A stretch of 64,000 bases of DNA from Faecalimonas sp. (GTDB lineage Bacteria > Bacillota > Clostridia > Lachnospirales > Lachnospiraceae). Made by a program: the position numbers and the translations under genes. The notes under the pieces were generated by a model. The model saw only the letters and a list, made by a program, of their open reading frames with translations. It was not told where the DNA came from and did no database searches. The stretch covers positions 17,914-81,913 of the forward strand of contig JBGVGF010000030.1 in the NCBI GenBank assembly GCA_045121495.1. Direction: 5' to 3'. This document shows positions 30,417 through 38,992 of the stretch, in pieces; position 1 is the first letter of the stretch, and every line of letters begins with the position of its first letter.

Positions 30417-31400
30417 ATGGATTCAAACAAAAGACCGGATACAATGGAACGTATTACAACACCTGAACTTGCAGATGCTTTTATCGCAGAACAAGTTGCA
30501 GCAGTTAGAGAACAAGTTGGAGATAAAAAAGTGTTATTAGCTCTTTCAGGCGGTGTAGACAGCTCTGTAGTAGCAGCATTATTAATTAAAGCAATTGGCA
30601 AACAATTAGTTTGTGTACATGTTAACCATGGTTTAATGCGTAAAGGCGAAAGTGAACAAGTTATCGAAGTATTTGAAAAAGGCTTAGATGCAAACTTAAT
30701 TTATGTAGATGCAACAGACAGATTCTTAGATTTATTAGCAGGTGTTGCAGAACCTGAAAAGAAACGTAAAATTATCGGAGAAGAATTTGTTCGTGTATTT
30801 GAAGAAGAATCTGACAAATTAGAAGGTATCTCTTTCTTAGCACAAGGAACAATTTATCCAGATATTCTTGAAAGTGATGGAGTAAAGGCTCATCACAATG
30901 TTGGCGGACTTCCTGAAGATTTCAAATTTGAAGGTTTAGTAGAACCAGTGAAATTATTATTCAAAGATGAAGTTCGTGTAGTTGGTAGAGCACTTGGTTT
31001 ACCAGCATCCATGGTTGATCGTCAGCCATTCCCAGGTCCAGGACTTGGTGTAAGATGTTTAGGTGCAATCACAAGAGATCGTTTACATGCACTTAGAGAA
31101 GCAGATGCTATCTTAAGAGAAGAATTCGACATTGCTGGCTTAACAGACAAAGTATGGCAATTCTTTACAGTGGTACCAGATTTTACATCAACAGGTGTGA
31201 AAGATGGAAAACGTCTTGATTACTGGCCAGTAATCATCCGTGCCGTAAACACAGTGGATGCTATGGCTTGTACAGTACCAGAAATCGATTGGGCAGTGCT
31301 TCAAAAGATCACAAACCGTATCTTAAACGAAGTAGATGGAGTATGCCGTGTATGCTACGACATGAGTCCAAAGCCAATCGCTACAATTGAGTGGGAATAA
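30417..31400 (+). CDS. guaA: GMP synthase, ATP-pyrophosphatase and C-terminal domains only (no GATase domain)
   Basis: SGGVDSSV, QGTIYPD, HHNVGG, RQPFPGPGLGVR, KPIATIEWE; 327 aa; AGGAGG RBS. Confidence 0.9.
   Translation: MDSNKRPDTMERITTPELADAFIAEQVAAVREQVGDKKVLLALSGGVDSSVVAALLIKAIGKQLVCVHVNHGLMRKGESEQVIEVFEKGLDANLIYVDATDRFLDLLAGVAEPEKKRKIIGEEFVRVFEEESDKLEGISFLAQGTIYPDILESDGVKAHHNVGGLPEDFKFEGLVEPVKLLFKDEVRVVGRALGLPASMVDRQPFPGPGLGVRCLGAITRDRLHALREADAILREEFDIAGLTDKVWQFFTVVPDFTSTGVKDGKRLDYWPVIIRAVNTVDAMACTVPEIDWAVLQKITNRILNEVDGVCRVCYDMSPKPIATIEWE
31235..31253 (+). repeat. 19-bp direct repeat inside guaA
   Basis: CATCCGTGCCGTAAACACA identical to 41153-41171. Confidence 0.9.
31359..31400 (+). 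repeat. Left att direct repeat (42 bp, guaA 3' end)
   Basis: GACATGAGTCCAAAGCCAATCGCTACAATTGAGTGGGAATAA identical to 41277-41318. Confidence 0.95.
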
Positions 31401-31538
31401 AAAAATTGGGGAAAAGCCTTATTTTATAAGGATTAAGAGCCTTTTGAGAGAAAAAAAGAAGTGGCTATGATTTGTTTTTTAGTTATTTAGAAAGCAATCG
31501 TAGCCACTTATTTTTTTTATTTAGAAAGGAGCTTTGAT

Positions 31539-32513
31539 ATGACTAAAGAGCCAACAAGAGAAGATGTTTTAAAAGAGATTAAAAGAAGAAAAAGAAAAGA
31601 TTTTGGGAAATATGGGGATAAGAATATAAGTTATAAAAGTTTGCTTGATCTATATGTTAGAAGATGTAAAGTGAGAAACTTGTCAGAAGCAACAATTCAG
31701 GGATATATGAATGCTAGTAGATATTTCATGGATTTTGCGGGGTATGATTTAATGTGTATTGATATAGATCAGGATTTAATAAATGAATATTATCTGTATT
31801 TACAAAATTTTTACAAACCACAGACTATAAATAGTTATGTGTTCAAAGTTTGTCCAATTGTAAAATTTGGAATCGAAGAAGGATACATAAAGGATGATAT
31901 TATTTTTACTCATGTAGTAGAACAAAAACAAGTTAAAGAAATTTATACAAAAGAAGAATTAGAGAAACTTCTAGTTAGACCTCAAAATGGAACGTTTGGG
32001 GAAATGAGAGCATGGACTGTTATTAATACGCTAATATCGACTGGGATAAGAGCAGGAGAGCTTAGAGCATTAAAAATAAAAGATGTGAAAATAGATGAAA
32101 GATATATTGTTTTGAATCAGACAAAGAACAGAGAACCAAGAATACTTCCTATGCCAACTACATTACAAAAGGTATTGTTGGAGTGGCTAGAAATAAGAAA
32201 TGGAGCGAGTGAAGATTATCTTTTCTGTAATATTTATGGAGAAAAATTAGAAAGATCAGTTTTACAAAGTTGCGTAAAAAAATATTCTTTGAAACGTGGA
32301 GTAAAAAAATATGGATTACATCTATATCGCCATACGTTCATAACTTTATCTGTTAAGTCGGGAATGTCGCCAGTTATGTTAAAGCGAATTACTGGTCATA
32401 AAAGCATGAAAATGCTTGAGCATTATTATCAGCATAATCCAACTGATTTAGTGGATATAGTAGATCAATACAATCCGTTGGAGAAATTCAGTCCAAGAGT
32501 AAGGAAATTTTAA
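31539..32513 (+). CDS. Tyrosine recombinase/integrase
   Basis: TGIRAGEL (R), TK, HLYRH (HxxR), GH and HY catalytic residues; AGGAG RBS. Confidence 0.93.
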   Translation: MTKEPTREDVLKEIKRRKRKDFGKYGDKNISYKSLLDLYVRRCKVRNLSEATIQGYMNASRYFMDFAGYDLMCIDIDQDLINEYYLYLQNFYKPQTINSYVFKVCPIVKFGIEEGYIKDDIIFTHVVEQKQVKEIYTKEELEKLLVRPQNGTFGEMRAWTVINTLISTGIRAGELRALKIKDVKIDERYIVLNQTKNREPRILPMPTTLQKVLLEWLEIRNGASEDYLFCNIYGEKLERSVLQSCVKKYSLKRGVKKYGLHLYRHTFITLSVKSGMSPVMLKRITGHKSMKMLEHYYQHNPTDLVDIVDQYNPLEKFSPRVRKF

Positions 32514-32516
32514 ATT

Positions 32517-32771
32517 ATGGGAAATAAAAATATGATAACAGTTGATGCAGATGAAATCTTTGATATTATGTGTGATTTTACGGACGTAGAACACGCTATG
32601 CTTAATTTAATAATAGTATGTAATGTTCTGTCAGAGCATTATAATGGAACTGAATATAACGAGCTTTATGCGTTTGTAAGCCTATTAACCAGTCAGATGG
32701 ATATGATACGAAAGGATTTTAGACGTGTCATAAATAGAGTGGATGAATTTTTGTTAAAGAATAAAGCATAA
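32517..32771 (+). CDS. Hypothetical protein (84 aa), co-transcribed with integrase
   Basis: Starts 3 nt after integrase stop; followed by a terminator. Confidence 0.6.
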   Translation: MGNKNMITVDADEIFDIMCDFTDVEHAMLNLIIVCNVLSEHYNGTEYNELYAFVSLLTSQMDMIRKDFRRVINRVDEFLLKNKA

Positions 32772-32774
32772 TAA

Positions 32775-32850
32775 TAACATCTTTTTTACATCTTTTAGTC
32801 CAGAAGCAAGCAAGAATAAAGCAAGTGTTTAACATCTTTATAACATCTTT
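32775..32850 (+). repeat. Two tandem pairs of TAACATCTTT (11-bp period)
   Basis: Copies at 32775, 32786 (TTACATCTTT), 32830, 32841; inverted pair at 40944 and 40955. Confidence 0.85.
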
Positions 32851-32916
32851 GAAACTGCGGGAAGCAGGCTTTAAAGCGATTGGTATTCTGCTGCCCGATC
32901 GGTGATTTTAATATTG

Positions 32917-32948
32917 ACGCAAGTCTATTCGTAGGCTTGCGTTTTTTT
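32917..32948 (+). terminator. Terminator of integrase operon
   Basis: ACGCAAGTCTA-TTCG-TAGGCTTGCGT plus T run. Confidence 0.8.
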
Positions 32949-32968
32949 GTTATAAAATCATACCAGTT

Positions 32969-33063
32969 CCATTAAAACGACTGGTTTTGCAATTGTGCAT
33001 TATATAATAAATACATAAAGAACAGGGAACACAAACCTGAAACAAATAGAAAGAATGAGGTAA
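32969..33063 (+). repeat. Repeated promoter/leader module, copy 1 (copy 2 partial at 33351-33405, copy 3 at 33599-33672)
   Basis: CCATTAAAACGACTG box plus TATATAATAAATACATAAAGAACAGGGAAYACAAACCTGAAA, repeated at offset 630. Confidence 0.88.
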
Positions 33064-33068
33064 GTAAA

Positions 33069-33350
33069 ATGAAAAAGACAAGAAATAGTAGAAAAGGAAA
33101 AAATATTTTTGGAGACAAATGTAGAGAAAAAATTTTAAAGCTTAATAAAGAAACAGCAATGGATCAGTATATAGAAATGATGAAAGATCTTTTGGTTAAT
33201 GGAAAAAACAGTAGTATCGAATATACAATTGACAGCAGTTGTTTCACAAGAGAAGAAGAGGAAGCTTTTTTTCAGAGTGTAGAGGGTATTAATTCGTTGT
33301 TTGCGAGAATGATGAATCGTAATTATACAGAATATACTTGTAAATATTAG
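33069..33350 (+). CDS. Hypothetical protein (93 aa)
   Basis: GAGGT RBS within the repeated leader. Confidence 0.65.
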   Translation: MKKTRNSRKGKNIFGDKCREKILKLNKETAMDQYIEMMKDLLVNGKNSSIEYTIDSSCFTREEEEAFFQSVEGINSLFARMMNRNYTEYTCKY

Positions 33351-33412
33351 TAAATACATAAAGAACAGAAAATATAAATCAGAAACAAATAGAAAGAATG
33401 AGGTAATTAAAA

Positions 33413-33595
33413 ATGAAAAAGATTTATTCCAAAGAAGCAATTAATCGTATGGCTGAAACCCTTTGTATGGATATTGAAGATCACGGTTGGCTGTGTGAGG
33501 ACGGGCATTGGCTGACAAACGAAGAATTTAAGGCATGGACAGATAAAGAAATTGTTGAAGCCTATGAGTTGGCTTATCCAGTGTTTGTTGGATAA
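33413..33595 (+). CDS. Hypothetical acidic protein (60 aa)
   Basis: Same GAATGAGGTAA RBS module as the upstream ORF. Confidence 0.65.
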   Translation: MKKIYSKEAINRMAETLCMDIEDHGWLCEDGHWLTNEEFKAWTDKEIVEAYELAYPVFVG

Positions 33596-33709
33596 GTGCC
33601 ATTAAAACGACTGATTAATAAAAACACTATTATATAATAAATACATAAAGAACAGGGAATACAAACCTGAAAGAAAAATAAAAATTTAATTTAAAAGGAG
33701 ATTAAAATT

Positions 33710-34186
33710 ATGACACTTAATTATGAAGCAAAGGCAATTGAAATGACAAAAACAGAAGCAAAAGAAGCAGGAAAACCAAATACAACAACATACAATAAAC
33801 TTATTGAACTGCGCACAGCATTTCCTACATTCGAAATCATTATAAAGAAAACAACTAGAAAAAAAAGCACATTCAAAGGTCTTGATTATGATTATATGGA
33901 AAGATATATGGTATCAAAAAAGAGTAGCCTTATCGAAGAATTCTATACAATGCGTGGTTATGTAGATGGAGTAAAAAATGATTTTGTAGAAAGCGCATCT
34001 TTTGGAGAAATAAAAACTTGGTTTTTGTTAAATTTCCCAGAAATCGAAGAATATAATAGCAAAGTTGAAAAATTAAGAGAAGAAAATAAAAGAAAAGTAG
34101 AAGCCAATAGAGAAAAGATGGCAGATGAGAAAAGACAAGAAAAAAAGAATGCTTATAAAGAAATGATTGCTGAACTTGCGAATTAA
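33710..34186 (+). CDS. Hypothetical protein (158 aa), paralogue of 34245-34691
   Basis: AAGGAG RBS; shared motifs FPTF, FKGLDYDYM, IKTWFLLNFPE. Confidence 0.8.
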   Translation: MTLNYEAKAIEMTKTEAKEAGKPNTTTYNKLIELRTAFPTFEIIIKKTTRKKSTFKGLDYDYMERYMVSKKSSLIEEFYTMRGYVDGVKNDFVESASFGEIKTWFLLNFPEIEEYNSKVEKLREENKRKVEANREKMADEKRQEKKNAYKEMIAELAN

Positions 34187-34244
34187 AAATTAGTAGTCCA
34201 GTAGAAAAAATAAAAGTATATCAAAAAGAAAGAGGTAAAAAATT

Positions 34245-34691
34245 ATGAAAAACACATTAAAAATTGATTTAAAAAAAAGAGTTATTATTATGGATAGAAC
34301 ATTCGCAAAGAATGTAGAAAATACAAATAGTGAAGAATACGCACATTTACAGCAGGTGCGCAAAGATTATCCAACATTTGCAGTTGAGAAGAAACAGATT
34401 AAGCGCAATGCAAACAAAGAAAGTTATAAAGGACTTACTTATGATTATATGAGAACTTACATCTTTACTCACGAACCAAAAGAAACAAAAAAAGATGTAT
34501 TAGAGGAAATGGAAGAAATGATTTTAATTTCCAAGTGTCATTCAAACGCAAAACGTTACCCAGTAATCAAGAATTGGTTTCTTGAAAAATATCCAGAAGT
34601 TAAAGAGTTTGGTATGAAAAAACCAGAAGAAAAGAAAGTTGTTGCGGAAAGCGGTGAAACAAATGAAGGAACACTTAAAAAAGTAGCATAA
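34245..34691 (+). CDS. Hypothetical protein (148 aa), paralogue of 33710-34186
   Basis: GAGGT RBS; YPTF, YKGLTYDYM, IKNWFLEKYPE. Confidence 0.8.
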   Translation: MKNTLKIDLKKRVIIMDRTFAKNVENTNSEEYAHLQQVRKDYPTFAVEKKQIKRNANKESYKGLTYDYMRTYIFTHEPKETKKDVLEEMEEMILISKCHSNAKRYPVIKNWFLEKYPEVKEFGMKKPEEKKVVAESGETNEGTLKKVA

Positions 34692-34763
34692 TTTTAAGTT
34701 GAACATTTAACAATTCTATAAATTATATTTGGTGTTAATACAATGACTTAAAACGGAAAGGAA

Positions 34764-35423
34764 ATGTTATATATGTTAGAAGTAAAGAAGTATTCGAAGC
34801 CTGAGATGACTAAAATATTTGGAACTAAAAATATGCAAGGTTTAGAAAGAAAATTAAAACGTTATGGTGTTATATTTGACAGAAAAGGTAGAGGTGAAAA
34901 AGCCATCTTTACTATAAAAGAAATAACCAATCCACTTAGAGTTTATCTTATCACAGAACTGGGTTTTAATGGGCAACATGATTATATCAAAGTGCGCAAT
35001 TTCTTATATTACTTCTTTAATGATGAAGAATTTATGGCAATGCCTGATGAAGTAAAAGAAGCTAGAATGAAGAATGATGGCAATGGTGTGTCAAGACAAG
35101 CAATAGCCGGTTATATTGCCAAATTAGATGGAAAAAATTTAATTGAAAGAAATACCAATAATTATATATATTACTTTGCATACAAGCAAAATCAACGAAT
35201 TGTAGATCGTGATGAATATATACAGGCGTGGCATGAGTATTGGGCTGATATTGATATGGGATTATATTCAGGAACAGCGATTAATAAAATGCGAAATAAA
35301 TATGGTGGAGTAGCAAGAAAGCAAGCAATACCTGAAATTAATGGTATTTACAAAACGGAAGTAGAATATTTAAATACTCTTATAGTAGAAAGTATAGAGA
35401 AAGAAATCGAGGAGCAAAATTAA
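34764..35423 (+). CDS. Hypothetical protein (219 aa) with probable winged-HTH segment
   Basis: VSRQAIAGYIAKLDGKNLI resembles an HTH recognition helix; flanked by related palindromes. Confidence 0.7.
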   Translation: MLYMLEVKKYSKPEMTKIFGTKNMQGLERKLKRYGVIFDRKGRGEKAIFTIKEITNPLRVYLITELGFNGQHDYIKVRNFLYYFFNDEEFMAMPDEVKEARMKNDGNGVSRQAIAGYIAKLDGKNLIERNTNNYIYYFAYKQNQRIVDRDEYIQAWHEYWADIDMGLYSGTAINKMRNKYGGVARKQAIPEINGIYKTEVEYLNTLIVESIEKEIEEQN

Positions 35424-35479
35424 GTCATTGATTTAACAGTAAGAGTATATATTATTACTGTTAAATCAATGACTTAATT
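35418..35479. repeat. Perfect 25-bp inverted repeat with 12-nt spacer
   Basis: AATTAAGTCATTGATTTAACAGTAA / TTACTGTTAAATCAATGACTTAATT; degenerate copy at about 34692-34752. Confidence 0.93.
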
Positions 35480-35545
35480 GGGCGTATTCAGTTAAAAGAG
35501 CAATCTTCTAAAGCAATATAATAAAAGAGATAAGGAGAAATAATT

Positions 35546-35728
35546 ATGAATTACCTTGATTTTATGAATCGTAATGTTCCAGATTATTACGATACAATGT
35601 ATATGGATGGTTATACACCAGAGCAAATTATAATGGCTCATAGAAAGATGATGCGTGAAATGCTATTAGAAGATGAAGAAGAACAGGAAAATGATTTTTC
35701 TATAGTTAGTCAGGTGAATGTAAAATGA
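35546..35728 (+). CDS. Hypothetical acidic protein (60 aa)
   Basis: AAGGAG RBS. Confidence 0.65.
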   Translation: MNYLDFMNRNVPDYYDTMYMDGYTPEQIIMAHRKMMREMLLEDEEEQENDFSIVSQVNVK

Positions 35729-36327
35729 GATTTTCCAGTCATGATAAGCGAAACAGAAAAAAGAAAAAGCGCAAAAGCCAGTCTGTTATTGAAAAAGAAA
35801 TACTGGCGATTATGTAGAAGAGTATGAAAACGGCTTTGGATCTTGCACTCGATGACATTATGAAAGAATGGAAATATTGAACGATACCGTTATCTTTCGT
35901 CTGACGGGAGAAATAAAATTTTGAGAAGTGAGTAGCTTTGCTACTCACAATCTCAAAAAATTTTATTTCTCTGTGTCGTCAAAGACGACAATAGAATTGA
36001 ATAATAATAACATAAGCGGAAGCTTGCTTTACCGATCTCAAAAATGAGAACAAAGAATCGGTGGAACGAGCTTCCGCTTTTTCTTGTTTTATAGACTTTT
36101 GCTTCTGGTGTCATCGGTCGCAAAGATCGTCTCCTGAAATCAAAATCACTCTTCGTGGGAGTGAAGCCCACGCATTTCCAACAACTACCTTTAAAAATTT
36201 TATTTTCCTGAAATATAGGCGGGTGTCAGCGAAAGGGTGATTATAATTTCTTGAACAAAAATAGACTATTTTTGCCTGTTTTTAGCCTTTTGGAACTTGT
36301 TATAAAGTGTTCAGGAAAACAGATGTT

Positions 36328-36552
36328 TTATTGGACACCCTCCACAGGATCTTCCACATATTCTACAAGATCACCTGGCTGGCAATTAAGTAGAGCGCAG
36401 ATCGTGTCAATGGTTTTCCAAGAGACTAATTCTCCGTGGCGCAATTGCTGTAAATAAGATTGTCCGATCAGCTTTTCTTCTCTGATCTTTGTAGAAGTGT
36501 ATCCTGCTTTTTTTAGTTCTGCCATAATATCAAGTTTATATCGTATAGCCAT
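36328..36552 (-). CDS. XRE/Cro-family HTH regulator (74 aa)
   Basis: MAIRYKLDIM...VSWKTIDTICALLNCQPGDLVEY; AGGAGG RBS. Confidence 0.9.
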   Translation of the reverse strand: MAIRYKLDIMAELKKAGYTSTKIREEKLIGQSYLQQLRHGELVSWKTIDTICALLNCQPGDLVEYVEDPVEGVQ

Positions 36553-36590
36553 AATCATCCTCCTTTTGATAATTTTATCATAACATATAA

Positions 36591-36683
36591 TAGCACTAGA
36601 ATATAGTGTAAATAATACACAAAATAAGCACTGGAAATTAGTGTATTTTACCAATAGACTGCACTAGATATTGGTGCTATAAT
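36591..36683. promoter_or_regulatory. Divergent promoter region with three GCACT-N-AGTGY operators
   Basis: Palindromes at 36591-36610, 36626-36645, 36659-36679; rightward TAGACT-17-TATAAT (36655-36683). Confidence 0.8.
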
Positions 36684-36866
36684 AAAGACAGTTAAGAGAG
36701 GAACACAAGTCAAGGCGGACGGGATTACCGAAAGGGAAAGCAAGAACGCAAGGTAAGAGTGAGACAGGATAAGAGAGAGTGAGATTGCAAAAGGTGCATA
36801 GATGTTTAAAGCCACTCAACACTTGAAAGCCTTAACAATAAAACAAACCAAAAGGAGAAATGAACA

Positions 36867-37145
36867 ATGACAAAAGCAGAAATGATCGCAAAAATCGAGG
36901 CACTTAACGAATGGGAAACACTTATGGAAGAAGCAAAGGCAGAGGCAGACGCAATTAGAGACAGCCTCAAAGCTGAAATGATGGAGAGAGAAACAGAAGA
37001 ACTGATCGCAGGATCTTACATCATCAGATGGACTTCCGTTCTTTCAAATAGATTTGACACTACTGGATTTAAGAAAATGTATGGAGATCTCTACAAAGCA
37101 TTTACAAAGCAGAGTGCGAGCAGACGATTCTCAATCTCCTGCTAA
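36867..37145 (+). CDS. Hypothetical protein (92 aa), coiled-coil N-terminus
   Basis: AAGGAG RBS; long leader from strong promoter. Confidence 0.8.
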   Translation: MTKAEMIAKIEALNEWETLMEEAKAEADAIRDSLKAEMMERETEELIAGSYIIRWTSVLSNRFDTTGFKKMYGDLYKAFTKQSASRRFSISC

Positions 37146-37202
37146 TAGATAACAATCTCCACAGACAACACAAAGCCTGTGGAGATAGAAAGGATAGACG
37201 CT

Positions 37203-37790
37203 ATGAATTACGGATATGCAAGGTGTAGCACCAACGAAACAAAGCAAGATATTAACAGACAAGTGCGGGAACTGAAAAGCGCAGGCGCAGAAGAAATTTT
37301 TCTTGAATACGAACATGGAGACAGCAAGATCAAAGACCAGCAGCAAGAAATGTTTGCGCAGGCAGCCGCAGGAGATACAATTATTACATTAGAAGTTCCA
37401 CGACTTGCCAGAAGCACAAAACAGTTATGTGAGATTATCGATATTATCAGAGAAAAGCACCTGCGTCTTGTGATCCTTGGAAGTATTACTCTTGATTGCC
37501 GAGATGGACAAGCAGACCCAATGAGTGAAGCATTTTTACAAATGGCAGGAGTTTTCAGTCAGTTAGAACTTTCAATGATTCGATCAAGAGTGCGTTCGGG
37601 GATGGCAAACGCCAAAGCTAAGGGGAAAAGGATCGGGCGTCCGCATGTATCTGTGGAGGATCTGCCTAATACATTCCTTAAACACTATCCTGCTTACAAA
37701 ACAGGAAAACTTAATCTTTCAGAATTTGCCAGAGTATGTGATTTGAGCAGAACGACAGTTTATAAATATATTGAACTTTTGGGAAAATAA
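37203..37790 (+). CDS. Serine recombinase (resolvase/invertase family)
   Basis: YGYARCST, RLARS, C-terminal HTH SRTTVYKY. Confidence 0.92.
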   Translation: MNYGYARCSTNETKQDINRQVRELKSAGAEEIFLEYEHGDSKIKDQQQEMFAQAAAGDTIITLEVPRLARSTKQLCEIIDIIREKHLRLVILGSITLDCRDGQADPMSEAFLQMAGVFSQLELSMIRSRVRSGMANAKAKGKRIGRPHVSVEDLPNTFLKHYPAYKTGKLNLSEFARVCDLSRTTVYKYIELLGK

Positions 37791-37814
37791 AAGGTGCAGA
37801 ATTCTGCACCTTTT
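37789..37814. terminator. Perfect 26-bp palindrome, probable bidirectional terminator
   Basis: AAAAGGTGCAGAATTCTGCACCTTTT between convergent stops. Confidence 0.75.
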
Positions 37815-38364
37815 ATTTTTTAATTCTTACCGTTGGATTATAAGTATTCCTTCCTTTATCGATAGTAATTTCATCACCTTCATCTGTAGTGATATTAATA
37901 TCATATTCATAGCCCCACATCTCATCAGGAATATCAATTTTAAGAATCGAGCCCTTGACTTTTTCACAAGTAACACCATATTCAAAAATATTATTAATAT
38001 CATACCCACTCCCTAGGTTCGCAAGTTCTATATCGTCTGTCCTTTCAAAATATTCACCTATCCCATTATCGTATGTATATGTAAGTCGAATGACACTATC
38101 CGACGTAACATAACAGTTTTCCTTTAATGCAATCCTTGTAGTTGTATAACGGTCTGTTTCTTCCCCAAAAGAATCTTCTACTGTCACTTCAATTTCTTTT
38201 AATTCAATATAGTCTTTCCAGTTTTCAGTGGTTAATTCAATAAACTCTGCATCTGCTAATAATTCTTTTTGTGAGATAGTTTGTTTTTTCGTGTTATCCA
38301 AACTACAACCACAAACAGAAATTATCATAAAACATAAAATCATAAGTAAAAATAATTTTCTCAA
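37813..38364 (-). CDS. Putative lipoprotein, paralogue 3
   Basis: TTG start after AGGAGA; signal peptide with CGC lipobox; ELTTENWKDYIE motif. Confidence 0.75.
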   Translation of the reverse strand: MRKLFLLMILCFMIISVCGCSLDNTKKQTISQKELLADAEFIELTTENWKDYIELKEIEVTVEDSFGEETDRYTTTRIALKENCYVTSDSVIRLTYTYDNGIGEYFERTDDIELANLGSGYDINNIFEYGVTCEKVKGSILKIDIPDEMWGYEYDINITTDEGDEITIDKGRNTYNPTVRIKK

Positions 38365-38377
38365 GTTATTCTCCTTT

Positions 38378-38968
38378 TTAATTAAAAAATGATTCATAAG
38401 TAGCTGTTGAATCATCTATTGTTATTGTATCATTTGCTTCCCCTCTCTTGATTAGGACATCAATACTTTTACTTCCATCCTCATTGATGTTCCATCTTTC
38501 ATCAGGAATATTCGTTTTAAGAATTGTGCCTTTTATTTTTTCACAAGAAACACCGTATTCAAAAATAGCAAGCAGATCCCATCTTCTTCCTTCATAAATA
38601 GGTCCATCATAAAAAGAATAATCGTGTGTCATTTCATAATATTCGCCTATTCCATTATCATATGTAAATGTGATTCGAATGGCATTATCTTCCGAAATAT
38701 AACAGTTTTTCTTTAATTCCATTCTTGTTGTTGTGTGGCGACCTGTTTCTTCGCCAAAAGCATCTTTTTCTATCACTTCGACTTCTTTAATTTCAATGTA
38801 ATCTTTCCAGTTTTCGGTTGTTAATTCAATATATTCTGCATCTGCTAACAATTCTTCTTTTGAGATAGTTCCTTTTTTCGTATTATTATTTACGGAGCCA
38901 GTTGTATTGCAAGAACAAGTGGAGAAGCAGATGAGCAGAGAAAGCATAAAAATTAGTGTTTTTTTCAA
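38378..38968 (-). CDS. Putative lipoprotein, paralogue 2
   Basis: TTG start after AGGAGG; CSC lipobox; ELTTENWKDYIE motif. Confidence 0.8.
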   Translation of the reverse strand: MKKTLIFMLSLLICFSTCSCNTTGSVNNNTKKGTISKEELLADAEYIELTTENWKDYIEIKEVEVIEKDAFGEETGRHTTTRMELKKNCYISEDNAIRITFTYDNGIGEYYEMTHDYSFYDGPIYEGRRWDLLAIFEYGVSCEKIKGTILKTNIPDERWNINEDGSKSIDVLIKRGEANDTITIDDSTATYESFFN

Positions 38969-38992
38969 AATGAGTTCCTCCTAAATCCTTTT

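Noticed and set aside
32775-33672. Island repeats as a CRISPR array
   Set aside because: Repeat lengths and spacing are irregular, the spacers are whole ORFs or 1 bp, and there are no cas genes.
35739-36457. Short ORFs over the island hairpin region
   Set aside because: No RBS or motifs; better explained as non-coding structure or as antisense to the XRE gene.
36867-37145. Naming orf92 as Gam or an anti-CRISPR
   Set aside because: Only the context is suggestive; there is no diagnostic motif, so it is left as hypothetical.
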